From contig CAYGHZ010000001.1 in the NCBI GenBank assembly GCA_964349635.1, positions 1 to 44,304 of the forward strand: a stretch of DNA of 44,304 nt, written 5' to 3'. This document shows positions 6,981-15,809 of this stretch, one piece after another. Under the pieces are notes generated by a model. It was not told where the DNA came from, did no database searches, and saw nothing but the letters and a program-made list of their open reading frames with translations. Source of the DNA: an uncultured Candidatus Marinamargulisbacteria bacterium. Its GTDB lineage: Bacteria; Margulisbacteria; Marinamargulisbacteria; SXXA01; CAYGHZ01. Position 1 is the stretch's first letter, and each line of letters opens with the position of its first letter. The translations under genes and the position numbers were made by a program.

Positions 6981-8960
6981 CTAAAACAATCCCCTACCTG
7001 TAAAAAGAACAACGCCGCCAAATACAATCCCTAGTACTGCCGCCAGCTTTATAACGATCGCCAGCCCTGAAGCTAAAACAGGGTCGATATCCGCATAGTT
7101 CAGAGATAAGGCAAGCATTCCTCCGAACGACACCATCCCTAAAACGACGCCCGAAACGCCGGACAATCCAAAGATAAGGCCAAACAAAACCGGCGAAACC
7201 AAAATGACGCCACAACTAATTATCGTCGCCCGATGCGCTAATCGAATGCTCTCGTCGATACACGCCGCGTAATCGGGCAAAACCGTTCCCTGCCGTATTT
7301 CAGGTTGTGTTTCGTACTGCCGTTGTGCAGCGGAAGCCATTGTTTGAGCGATGCGCCGGGACGTATAAAAAACATAGGCGCAAAAACCCAAGCAAAGCGA
7401 CGCGCCCAACATCAAGCCCATCATAAAGTCCATATCTTGGATATGGACCCCCAGCAATGCGCGAATATCAGTTATATTCAAGTTAGAAATCAGGTGAGCT
7501 CCGGCTGACGGGGAATTACTGAACAATTGGTCTCCATATCGAAAAACACCGTTTCCGGCCAAAATTCTAAGCCAGTCCTTTAAGGACTCCATGTAAATAA
7601 AAAATAGGATTACGCCCAAAACGGACGTAGTCGCCGAAAGCAACGACCGACAAAACAAAAGTGTTTGATTCCCGTCTTTCATGTTTTGGACGTCCGCCTT
7701 TACCATCAACATTTCACCATTGGCTTTGGCATTATCAAAAACGGCAACCGAAGCCCCCTGGCTTAGATAAAACCCGCCTCCGCTTATCAGCCCCAAAGCC
7801 AGAAGCGCCATGCCATAAAGTCCGCTTGAAAATGGCGCGTCCGATTGTTTAAGCGCATACGAAAGAATCGTTAAGCAAATCACTCCGGCGACGGCAAGAC
7901 CGGCTCCGGCAAATCCAAGGCGAAATTGACGGATTTGATAAAGTAGAAACGCGGCGGAAACACCCAACATGAAAATAACCCAGCTGATCCAACTCATCAA
8001 ACCGCTTGCCGTTAACACCGCCGCCAAAACGGCCGCCCCCACCCATTGAATCCAGGCTTTGCCAAAAAATAGGGCCACGAAAGAAGACAGCAAACAAACC
8101 CCACCCAAAACAACAGGCAAAATTACGCGTGACATATCGTGGACATACCCCAACTCGTACGTGAGAGAGGCCGTCACCGTCATTAAAACCAAAATGGCGA
8201 TTACAAACGTTTCATAAAATTGAGCGCCTAGCCCAAAGGCGTGATGGACATGATGACCGACCTGGTCGGCTATCGTCCCGGGATTACGCAAATCGTTGCG
8301 GGCAATATCCCGGTTGCGTTCGGCAATGGCCTGCGACGCAATTCCGGAAGAAGTGGCAAACAGTCCACCGCCAACACACGAAAAAAGCGCCTGGGTTGAC
8401 GCCCCAAGGCAATAGGCCCAAAGAAATGTCGTAATCTCTATTAAATGAAACGCTTCTGATTTGAACCCCAGGAAATCCAACACCAAGTTCAGAATCGTAA
8501 ACCAAAGCCATAAGTCTAACGTCGCAAACGCGATGGTCGATAATCCCACCACACTCCCGGCTCTGGCTGCCGACGTAGCGTCGTCAAAAAAGGAGGCGCA
8601 TGCCCGCGTTGTGGCTTTTATACCAATAAATCCGGCGACGCCCGACCAGAAAAACCCTGTAAAAATAAATAAAATCATCCAAGACGAATGAAAGCCAAAG
8701 GCAAAAAATATCAGCGACATCACCACCAAAAATAAAATGAGCAAGGAGGCCAATTTAAGCTGTCGTTTTATAAAAACGGTGACGCCGTCCTTAATAAATT
8801 GGGTTAGCGCCGCGACGCTTTCGCTTCCGGTCGCAGCAGACTCCAAGCCCCGGTTAATGAAGGCCACATAAACGAGCACCCCGAGGACAACAATAGGAAC
8901 AAGCCAAAACAATAACGGAAACATTTGAAGAAAGTTCTTCCCGCAATTGACTATTCTCAA
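6981..8960 (-). CDS. membrane-integral pyrophosphatase (M-PPase/HppA) homologue with degenerate catalytic motifs
   Basis: Polytopic 659-aa protein that is collinear with M-PPase motifs. GASTQALFSCVGGGLFATSSGIASQAIAERN corresponds to GAS..ALF..VGGGI[YF]TKAADVGADLVGKVE. RNPGTIADQVGHHVHH corresponds to RNPA.IADNVGDNVGD. FDNAKANGEM corresponds to SDNAGGIAEM. AAQRQYETQPEI..G...PDYAACI corresponds to EVRRQF.EIPG..EG..PDY..C[VI]. The start may be the Met at 8924. Confidence 0.7.
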   Translation of the reverse strand: MRIVNCGKNFLQMFPLLFWLVPIVVLGVLVYVAFINRGLESAATGSESVAALTQFIKDGVTVFIKRQLKLASLLILFLVVMSLIFFAFGFHSSWMILFIFTGFFWSGVAGFIGIKATTRACASFFDDATSAARAGSVVGLSTIAFATLDLWLWFTILNLVLDFLGFKSEAFHLIEITTFLWAYCLGASTQALFSCVGGGLFATSSGIASQAIAERNRDIARNDLRNPGTIADQVGHHVHHAFGLGAQFYETFVIAILVLMTVTASLTYELGYVHDMSRVILPVVLGGVCLLSSFVALFFGKAWIQWVGAAVLAAVLTASGLMSWISWVIFMLGVSAAFLLYQIRQFRLGFAGAGLAVAGVICLTILSYALKQSDAPFSSGLYGMALLALGLISGGGFYLSQGASVAVFDNAKANGEMLMVKADVQNMKDGNQTLLFCRSLLSATTSVLGVILFFIYMESLKDWLRILAGNGVFRYGDQLFSNSPSAGAHLISNLNITDIRALLGVHIQDMDFMMGLMLGASLCLGFCAYVFYTSRRIAQTMASAAQRQYETQPEIRQGTVLPDYAACIDESIRLAHRATIISCGVILVSPVLFGLIFGLSGVSGVVLGMVSFGGMLALSLNYADIDPVLASGLAIVIKLAAVLGIVFGGVVLFTGRGLF

Positions 8961-8989
8961 ACAAATTACATGTTATTATTTTTAAGCAA

Positions 8990-9463
8990 ATGACCTCAAA
9001 AAAAACCAAAGAAAAACCAATCTTAAAATTTCGAAAAGCTACCGAGCGCGATATGCCGGCGTTGGTTGAAATGGGCAAGAAACTTTGGCCATATGAAAAA
9101 GGAAGCGACCTGCGGCGGGTGCTTAAAAAGACGTTGCTTAAGAAAAACGACGACGTGTTGATTGTTTTGGACGCTAAGAAGGCCATCGCGTTTGCGACGT
9201 TATCGTTGCGCAAGGATTACGTGGAGGGGTCTAATTCGTCACCGGTGGCTTATGTTGAGGGGATTTTTGTTGAACCAAAATATAGGAAGCACGGTGTGGG
9301 TAAACAGATCGTTATATTGGCTGAAGAATGGGGCAAATCGCGCGGGTGTTCTGAATTAGGATCGGATACGGAAAGTTGGAATCGGGGCAGTCAAAAATTT
9401 CATGAATCAATCGGTTTCAAAAAAGCGGAAACCATCGTGCATTTTATTCGAAAAATAGCTTAG
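8990..9463 (+). CDS. GNAT acetyltransferase, AAC(6')-I-like
   Basis: LRKDYVEGSNSSPVAYVEGIFVEPKYRKHGVGKQIV..AEEWGKSRGCSELGSDTE...SQKFHESIGFKK closely parallels the AAC(6')-Iy-type core as I recall it (IRHDYVNGCDSSPVVFLEGIFV.P..R..GVAKQL...W....GC.E.ASDT). Confidence 0.65.
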   Translation: MTSKKTKEKPILKFRKATERDMPALVEMGKKLWPYEKGSDLRRVLKKTLLKKNDDVLIVLDAKKAIAFATLSLRKDYVEGSNSSPVAYVEGIFVEPKYRKHGVGKQIVILAEEWGKSRGCSELGSDTESWNRGSQKFHESIGFKKAETIVHFIRKIA

Positions 9464-9855
9464 TGATGCCCGGCGATACTTGCAATGCCCACGTCGACCG
9501 TTTTGATGTGGTCGACGAGCTGATCGATAAAAATTCGGATGCCAAAAATCAGATGCGCTTTTGAGATGCCTTGATCATAGGTCTCCCGCAACTGGGCGAC
9601 TCGGGCTTTAAAGACCTCGTGGTCTTGCTTGTGGTCTTTGTACCCTTTGTAATGATGCGCCTTCATCAGGTCTTCTTCTTCCTGGAAATGGGTGACGACG
9701 TAATCTTCCAGAAATAATATGATGGCCTCGATCTGGTACAGATTACTGGATCGAATAGCCTGATCCAGCATCGAGTCCAATTGGAACAGCTCCCGATGTT
9801 GGTTGTCGATTTTCGGTTGGCCAATTTCGAGGCTGGGATTCCAGGGTCGGTGCAT
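9460..9855 (-). CDS. bacteriohemerythrin-like protein
   Basis: Contains hemerythrin His/Asp/Glu motifs: IDNQHRELF, VTHFQEEEDLM, YKDHKQDHEVF, LVDHIKTVD. I chose the start at MHRPWNPSLEIG (9855). The longer track ORF reaching 10005 has an implausible N-terminal extension. Confidence 0.7.
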   Translation of the reverse strand: MHRPWNPSLEIGQPKIDNQHRELFQLDSMLDQAIRSSNLYQIEAIILFLEDYVVTHFQEEEDLMKAHHYKGYKDHKQDHEVFKARVAQLRETYDQGISKAHLIFGIRIFIDQLVDHIKTVDVGIASIAGHH

Positions 9856-11317
9856 TGCGGCTAATGTAAACTGTTTCCGCCATTTTTTCCACCAAATCCA
9901 CAAACAGTTCTGCGGCCACACGGCTGTGCCCATCGCCGGATAGCCCGCCCAAGCTGACCGGATGGATGGAGTCTGGCCAACAGCCGGTAGGACTCGCGTG
10001 GGCAACCAACCAATCGACTATTATGGAAACTCTTGGGTCGCGTCTCATTAAATAGATATGGGCTAAAATAAGGTTCCAGGGCACATGAAAACCGACAACG
10101 CCCGCGCCTTGAAAATAGATACCTTGAATCATGTGTCGTTTTTCAATTTTAGCCAGGCTGTCCGTAATGCCTGGATCGTCGGCAGATAGGCTGCCCAACG
10201 GATAGACGGACAAAAGACCCTGTAACGGGGAATCATCGATGGATTTTGAACTTTTCGGTAGGTTTTGGAGATGCATTTTGTTTTTCAGATATAAGGATTC
10301 GAGTTTTTTGTCGGGAATCGAAAGGGTCGATTTTGGTTGAGGGGTTTGAGGGAGCAAATGTTCGTAGCTAAGCTGCTGAATTTCCGCTATTTTCCGCGTT
10401 AGCTCCTGCCGTTGGGGCTCGGTCAGTTGCTTCTGCCACAGAGACATTAGCTGCATGTTTATTTCGGTTGGAATTTTGCATGAAAACGATGCATCTTCTC
10501 CCGCTTTGAGAGCAATCTTGTACTCGACGAACCCGGATGCCTGATGATCGGGGCATTGGGCCTGCAGAATCATTTGCCAGTCGTTGAAATGCTCGGACAC
10601 GTCGCCGTCTTGGAATTTTACGCAGACTACGTTGTCGGGCTTGCGATCAAAAACGGGGCCCGGCGCGTTGTTAACGATGAAGGCATTGGAGGTGAGATAC
10701 ACGATCTCATCGACGGGAGCCAATCCTTCCGCATTGTAAGGTCGCACCGCAAAATAAAACGACAAATTGATCTGTTTTTCGGATTTATTTTTGATTTTGA
10801 CTTGGGTGCAGACCAGTCCCTCGAAAGGGGGCAGCGGGGCAAAAAATGTGTCTGAATGGACCGAAAGCGCATCGGTCTCATAGGCCGTTCGCACAATAGA
10901 ATTGTCAAAATGCTGAGTAACCGATTTTAGCTGGGCGGCAGACACGATGTGGGCGGAATTGGCGATCCAAAAATCCAACGACCAGCCCTTTGGAACCGTG
11001 ATCAGACCTCGGGGATCGACCGTGACCTTATCGGCCAGCGTCGTCCAATTGCGATTGGTGCAATTAAGGGCTACCGGAATACCCGGAGAAACAAAATACG
11101 GACTGCGGGGACTGAATTGGTGATAGACCCAATACGGCCAAATACGGTGTAGATTTTCCGGAATCAGCCGGTTGTTGGCCGACCCTTGGAGAATGGCCCC
11201 TTGGATCGACGAATCTGTTGGAAGTGAGAATAGCTTGGCAGTTACGTTATAAAAAAGGGACGATCCGGTCGCGGTTTGCAGAAAACGCAAAAATAATCGT
11301 CGGACTAATTTAGTCAT
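9743..11317 (-). CDS. 524-aa hypothetical protein; the C-terminal part is faintly reminiscent of (alpha/alpha)6 glycoside-hydrolase-like folds
   Basis: Long ORF within the co-directional array. The product call rests only on a vague resemblance (GDGHSRVAAELF...). Its last ~37 codons overlap the hemerythrin start. Confidence 0.4.
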   Translation of the reverse strand: MTKLVRRLFLRFLQTATGSSLFYNVTAKLFSLPTDSSIQGAILQGSANNRLIPENLHRIWPYWVYHQFSPRSPYFVSPGIPVALNCTNRNWTTLADKVTVDPRGLITVPKGWSLDFWIANSAHIVSAAQLKSVTQHFDNSIVRTAYETDALSVHSDTFFAPLPPFEGLVCTQVKIKNKSEKQINLSFYFAVRPYNAEGLAPVDEIVYLTSNAFIVNNAPGPVFDRKPDNVVCVKFQDGDVSEHFNDWQMILQAQCPDHQASGFVEYKIALKAGEDASFSCKIPTEINMQLMSLWQKQLTEPQRQELTRKIAEIQQLSYEHLLPQTPQPKSTLSIPDKKLESLYLKNKMHLQNLPKSSKSIDDSPLQGLLSVYPLGSLSADDPGITDSLAKIEKRHMIQGIYFQGAGVVGFHVPWNLILAHIYLMRRDPRVSIIVDWLVAHASPTGCWPDSIHPVSLGGLSGDGHSRVAAELFVDLVEKMAETVYISRNAPTLESQPRNWPTENRQPTSGAVPIGLDAGSGYSIQ

Positions 11318-12599
11318 CCTTTTCCAGCAACACCTCGGACGTTGTCCTTACGATTTCTAATTGAATGATACGCCTTTTGCTGACTTCTTTTATTAAAATT
11401 TCCAGGCCTTTGTATTTGATACGCTCGCCTTTTTTGGGAAATTTTCCTAAATGACTTAACACAAACCCGCCTATCGTGTCGTAGTCTTCATCGGTCGGGA
11501 ATTTGACCTCTAATTTTTCGGCGAGATCGTCGATGTTCATTCCCCCGTCGACCAGGAAGCGATCGGCGCTCAGTTCGGAAAATTCGGCTTGGGATTCCAG
11601 ATCGTATTCATCCCAGATTTCGCCAAAAATTTCCTCGATGATATCTTCCATCGTCGCAATCCCGGAAAATCCGCCGTATTCGTCCACAATGATCGCCAAA
11701 TGGAATTTGGCCTTTTTCATTTGATGCAGCAGGTCTTCGATGTTTTTGGTCTCCGGAACATAGACGGCCTCACGCATAAATTTTCTGAGATTGCCTTTAT
11801 GGTCTTCTTTTTTTACCGTCAACAAGTCTTTGGCATAAATAATTCCGATGATATTGTCGATTTTTTCTTCGAACACCGGAATCCGGGAATGCCCCTCGCG
11901 CAATACCAATTCAACGACTTCGGCGATGCTTCGGTTTACATCAATACAAACGGCATCCGTTCGGGGCGTCATGATTTCCCGGACAATTTTTTCCGAAAAA
12001 TCAAAGACGCTGTGAAGCATTTCGCGTTCCCGTTTTTCTAAGACCCCTTCGCTGGCTCCCACTTTCAACATCGCTTTCAATTCTTCGGCGGTCAATAATT
12101 TTTCGGCGTCGGAGGAGGAGACCATTAAAAGTTTTGAAATGATGCGATCGATGATTGAGAAAAACTTGATCAACGGGCTAAACACAATCAGAGTAAAATA
12201 GACCGGCTTGGTCATCAGCAATGCGAACCGTTCGGGATTTTTAATAGCGATGGTTTTGGGAGAGATTTCGCCAAAAACCAACAAAATAAAGGTCAATATG
12301 CCGGTAATTATCGACATGGTTAACGCATAATTTTCGATTCCGGCGGCATACAGCGCCTCCAGCATCGCGGCGGTAGCAATTGCAGAGGCGGCAATATTGG
12401 TTAAGCTGTTTCCAATTAATAACGCGGTAATTAATCGTTTTGGATTTTGAAGAATATGTTGCAGGCGGAACGACCCGGCCACATTACGGTGAACCATCCC
12501 CTTTAGCCGAAGTCGGTTAATCGCGGTAAACGCCGTTTCCGCGGCAGAAAAAAAAGCTGATAACGATACCAGCACAAAAAAAACGATTAGCTTGACCAC
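11310..12599 (-). CDS. CNNM/CorC/TlyC-family protein (DUF21 membrane domain + CBS pair + CorC_HlyC domain)
   Basis: Shows the typical architecture: an N-terminal 4-TM region, a CBS-pair region (REIMTPRTD...IPVFEE..DNIIGIIYAKDLL) and a C-terminal transporter-associated domain. Confidence 0.85.
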   Translation of the reverse strand: MVKLIVFFVLVSLSAFFSAAETAFTAINRLRLKGMVHRNVAGSFRLQHILQNPKRLITALLIGNSLTNIAASAIATAAMLEALYAAGIENYALTMSIITGILTFILLVFGEISPKTIAIKNPERFALLMTKPVYFTLIVFSPLIKFFSIIDRIISKLLMVSSSDAEKLLTAEELKAMLKVGASEGVLEKREREMLHSVFDFSEKIVREIMTPRTDAVCIDVNRSIAEVVELVLREGHSRIPVFEEKIDNIIGIIYAKDLLTVKKEDHKGNLRKFMREAVYVPETKNIEDLLHQMKKAKFHLAIIVDEYGGFSGIATMEDIIEEIFGEIWDEYDLESQAEFSELSADRFLVDGGMNIDDLAEKLEVKFPTDEDYDTIGGFVLSHLGKFPKKGERIKYKGLEILIKEVSKRRIIQLEIVRTTSEVLLEKDD

Positions 12600-12970
12600 A
12601 ACGTCACAATCCTCTCAAAAAAGATAAAATATCCGGCAATAACCGCATGGACAGCGGCCATTAAGACGGCGCCTGCCGCGATGTCCTTGCTAAACATCGC
12701 ACGAACCCGCCGCTGGCGGGTGACCAAATCCACCAATACCTCGATCGAGGTATTGAAGGTTTCCGCAATAAGTACCAAGAATATGCTGAAAATCAGATAC
12801 ATCCATTCTATTGTAGTTATCTTTAAAAACCAACCCAAGCATAGGGCGACGAACGCAACCGACACATGAATCCACATATTTCGTTGAGAAAACAAAACAA
12901 ACCTTATGCCCCTTAGCGCATGGCGAAAACTGATCAACAGATGCGTTTTTTGGCGGACGAATCGCGCCAT
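12587..12970 (-). CDS. dgkA: diacylglycerol/undecaprenol kinase
   Basis: 127-aa three-TM protein with DgkA-like motifs (SFRHALRGI, LIAETFNTSIEVLVD, SKDIAAGAVL). It sits in the conserved ybeY-dgkA position. Confidence 0.8.
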   Translation of the reverse strand: MARFVRQKTHLLISFRHALRGIRFVLFSQRNMWIHVSVAFVALCLGWFLKITTIEWMYLIFSIFLVLIAETFNTSIEVLVDLVTRQRRVRAMFSKDIAAGAVLMAAVHAVIAGYFIFFERIVTLWSS

Positions 12971-13380
12971 TAGCCTGCCCTTTCAAGCAAGACCAACTGC
13001 TCTTTGTCCATAATCGCCTTATCGATATCCGTCTGATCGTCGTAGCCGAGCAAATGCAGAATCCCGTGCACCATCAACAGCTTAATTTCTTCATCAAGAG
13101 AATGCCCCTGCTCGCGGGCCTGATCGACGCAAATGTAAATGTCGGCAATGATGTCCTGTCCCTCGTCGGCCAAGTTAAACGTAATAATGTCCGTCACATA
13201 ATTATGATTTAAGTATTCCTTGTTGATCGAAAGCATTCGCTTGGCGCCAATGAAATTAAAATCGAACAGTCCTGCCTGAATTCCCTTTAAATCCATAATT
13301 TTTTTGGCATATTTTTTAAGGTCGTATTCAACTGGCACGTCGACCAGCTTATTGATGTTAACTTTGCGTTTTTTCGCCAT
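12970..13380 (-). CDS. ybeY: endoribonuclease YbeY
   Basis: Contains the metal-binding motif HGILHLLGYDD (HGxLHLxGYDH family signature), is 136 aa long, and sits in the conserved neighbourhood. Confidence 0.9.
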   Translation of the reverse strand: MAKKRKVNINKLVDVPVEYDLKKYAKKIMDLKGIQAGLFDFNFIGAKRMLSINKEYLNHNYVTDIITFNLADEGQDIIADIYICVDQAREQGHSLDEEIKLLMVHGILHLLGYDDQTDIDKAIMDKEQLVLLERAG

Positions 13381-15013
13381 TTTTTTTGGTTTGAGACAAA
13401 ATATTGTCCAGCTCTTCTTTGTAATCCAGGCGGCTGTGTTGCACGCTCTTAAAAACGCGGAGAAACGTTTTTTTAATAACGTTCAATTCTCTTAAACTCA
13501 GCGGACATTCGTCCAATTGGCCGTCGCCGATTTTTTCTCCAAATACTCGCTCAATGGTGGCTTCCAGCTTTGCGGGCGAGGGTTTGTCCAATGCTCGGAC
13601 CGCGCCCTCCACCGAGTCCGCTAACATCAAAATTCCCGACTCTTTAAAATGAGGTTTGGGTCCGGGATAGCGAAATTCTTCTTTGATCGTTTCTTCGCCG
13701 CCGGTTTGGAGGGCTTGATTATAGAAAAATGAAACCAGCGTGGTTCCGTGATGCTCCAAAATAAAATCGTGGAGCACCTTCGGCAATTTGTGCTTCTGAG
13801 CCATTTCAATACCGTCTTTTAAATGCGACGAGATGACCAGCTTGCTCATACGCGGCGTTAGGGATCGGTGGGGATTTTCGACGGAAAATTGGTTTTCGCC
13901 AAAAAAGATGGGCCGTTTGGTTTTGCCGATATCGTGAAAATACGCCCCTACCCTCGCCAAGATAACATCTGCGTTAATGGCTTCTGCGGCGGCTTCGGCC
14001 AGGTTGGCAACCATCAAGCTGTGCTGATAGGTGCCCGGCGCATTGATCATGAGTTTCTTTAATAACGGATGACTTAAATTGGAGAGTTCAAGCAGCGATT
14101 GATGGGTGGTGATGCCAAACCACGCTTCCAGATACGGCATAATCGCCAAACTGATCATCGACGACACCACGCCGTTGGCAAATGCTGCGATGGCGTTGGC
14201 GCCATACCACATCGGATCGCCTATTTCCTTAAACAATCCCATCGTAAAAACAAAGACAATATTGGACGCACCAATCACGTAACCTGCGAAAATCATGTCT
14301 GTGCGTTTGTAGCGTTTAAAAATGGCAAACGTTGTTACGGCATTGGTTAACAATAAGAAAAGAAAGACTTGGTAATCGGACTTGTACATAATACCCACCA
14401 ACATAGCGATCATCGATCCGCACAATAACGAAATATTCGGGGTAACCAGCAGCGATAGAACCATCGCGGCAATGGGAACCGGGATCAGGAAATAAACGTT
14501 CACGGCCGGCGGGAAAAGATCAACATCCTGCAGCAGGCGGGCCAGAACCACTACAAATAAAATAACCAAATACGTTAATGCAAAATATTTAATATTTTTG
14601 TAAATCTTTGCGTAATTGAAATGATATACAAATCGTTCCAGCAGTAAAAAAAGTAGAAAATTAATCAAAAATATTCCGAAAAATTTAAGGGCGCTGGCTT
14701 TCACGTGATAGATATTTAGGGCCCGCATCACGTCGACATGATCACGGGTAATGGCTTCTCCTTTGTAAAAAATGGGTTGGCCCTGGCGAAAAACCGTTGT
14801 TACGGACGGCTCGCTATTGAGCGTCAATTCGATCCGGCGGGGGGACACCACGGTCTCGGGAGCGATATCGCCTTCATTAAGTTTCACGCTATAGGGAATG
14901 TAAGGGGAGAAAACGACCAACGTTGTGATCAGCAAGCCGCACAACCCGACGGCGCCGTAGATGACTTTTTGAGAAAACAGCGTTTTAGTAATTATGCCAT
15001 TCAACGGAGTCAA
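13358..15013 (-). CDS. 7TM-HD membrane phosphohydrolase (PgpH/YqfF-like)
   Basis: A multi-TM central region is followed by an HD domain (HSLMVANLAE...GAYFHDIGK). It sits upstream of ybeY, as in the conserved phoH-yqfF-ybeY-dgkA cluster. Confidence 0.8.
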   Translation of the reverse strand: MTPLNGIITKTLFSQKVIYGAVGLCGLLITTLVVFSPYIPYSVKLNEGDIAPETVVSPRRIELTLNSEPSVTTVFRQGQPIFYKGEAITRDHVDVMRALNIYHVKASALKFFGIFLINFLLFLLLERFVYHFNYAKIYKNIKYFALTYLVILFVVVLARLLQDVDLFPPAVNVYFLIPVPIAAMVLSLLVTPNISLLCGSMIAMLVGIMYKSDYQVFLFLLLTNAVTTFAIFKRYKRTDMIFAGYVIGASNIVFVFTMGLFKEIGDPMWYGANAIAAFANGVVSSMISLAIMPYLEAWFGITTHQSLLELSNLSHPLLKKLMINAPGTYQHSLMVANLAEAAAEAINADVILARVGAYFHDIGKTKRPIFFGENQFSVENPHRSLTPRMSKLVISSHLKDGIEMAQKHKLPKVLHDFILEHHGTTLVSFFYNQALQTGGEETIKEEFRYPGPKPHFKESGILMLADSVEGAVRALDKPSPAKLEATIERVFGEKIGDGQLDECPLSLRELNVIKKTFLRVFKSVQHSRLDYKEELDNILSQTKKNGEKTQS

Positions 15014-15809
15014 AGCTTCTGTACCAAGTCATTTGCCGCTTGGCAAACTGTCGTGTTCGGATTTTGATCCATTCTATCATTCCCGCCTTTGTCAAACTAC
15101 CGTCCAGGTATTGAACGATTTCTTTGTATCCCAATGCTTCCAGAGCTTGGGCCGTTTTAGAAATACCCATTTTTAACAAACTTTTAACTTCTTCAATTAG
15201 GCCTTGAGCAATCATGGAATCGACGCGCAGATTAATTCTATCTATTAATTTTTGGCGATCCATCGCCATGCCAATAATGTGGACGTCGCTGCGCATTGCC
15301 TCCTCTCGTTTGCGAACTTGAGAGGGAATTTGCCCGGTCTGTTGATAAATTTGCCAGGCGCGATTGATCCGGCGCTGGTTGGACGGATGGACTAGCGCAG
15401 CCGCTGCGGGGTCGATGCTGTTTAATTGATCCCAGGAAGCATCCTTCGGGCGATCCGGAGACCCGGGCGCCAGCGAATACCCATATAAAAAGGCTTTCAT
15501 ATACATAGCCGTGCCGCCGCAAATAATAATAGACCTTCCGCGCCCCCGGATATCGTCGATGGCCGACGACGCCAATTGCAGAAATTCGGCCACGGAATAA
15601 TTTTCCGATGGGTCTTTGATATCGATCAGGTGATGCGGAATTTCCGCCCGGATTTCTTTTGAGACTTTGGCGGTGCCGATGTCCATGTAGCGATAGACTT
15701 GGAAGGCATCGGCTGAAATAATTTCGGCGCCGGTTTTTTGGGCCTCGGCGACGGCAAAGTCGGTTTTACCCACCGCCGTCGGTCCGATGACGACTAAAAT
15801 GTCTTTCAA
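14985..15809 (-). CDS. miaA: tRNA dimethylallyltransferase
   Basis: Contains the P-loop GPTAVGKT plus IISADAFQVYRYMDIGTAK and HHLID motifs. At 274 aa it seems short for the family. Confidence 0.9.
   Translation of the reverse strand: MKDILVVIGPTAVGKTDFAVAEAQKTGAEIISADAFQVYRYMDIGTAKVSKEIRAEIPHHLIDIKDPSENYSVAEFLQLASSAIDDIRGRGRSIIICGGTAMYMKAFLYGYSLAPGSPDRPKDASWDQLNSIDPAAAALVHPSNQRRINRAWQIYQQTGQIPSQVRKREEAMRSDVHIIGMAMDRQKLIDRINLRVDSMIAQGLIEEVKSLLKMGISKTAQALEALGYKEIVQYLDGSLTKAGMIEWIKIRTRQFAKRQMTWYRSFDSVEWHNY

Noticed and set aside
9856-10005. The N-terminal 50-aa extension of the hemerythrin ORF as listed in the track (start 10005)
   Set aside because: The extension (MPTRVLPAVGQTPSIRSAWAGYPAMGTAVWPQNCLWIWWKKW...) is unlike hemerythrin N-termini and would overlap the upstream gene by 263 nt. 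The Met at 9855 gives a canonical protein of about 132 aa.
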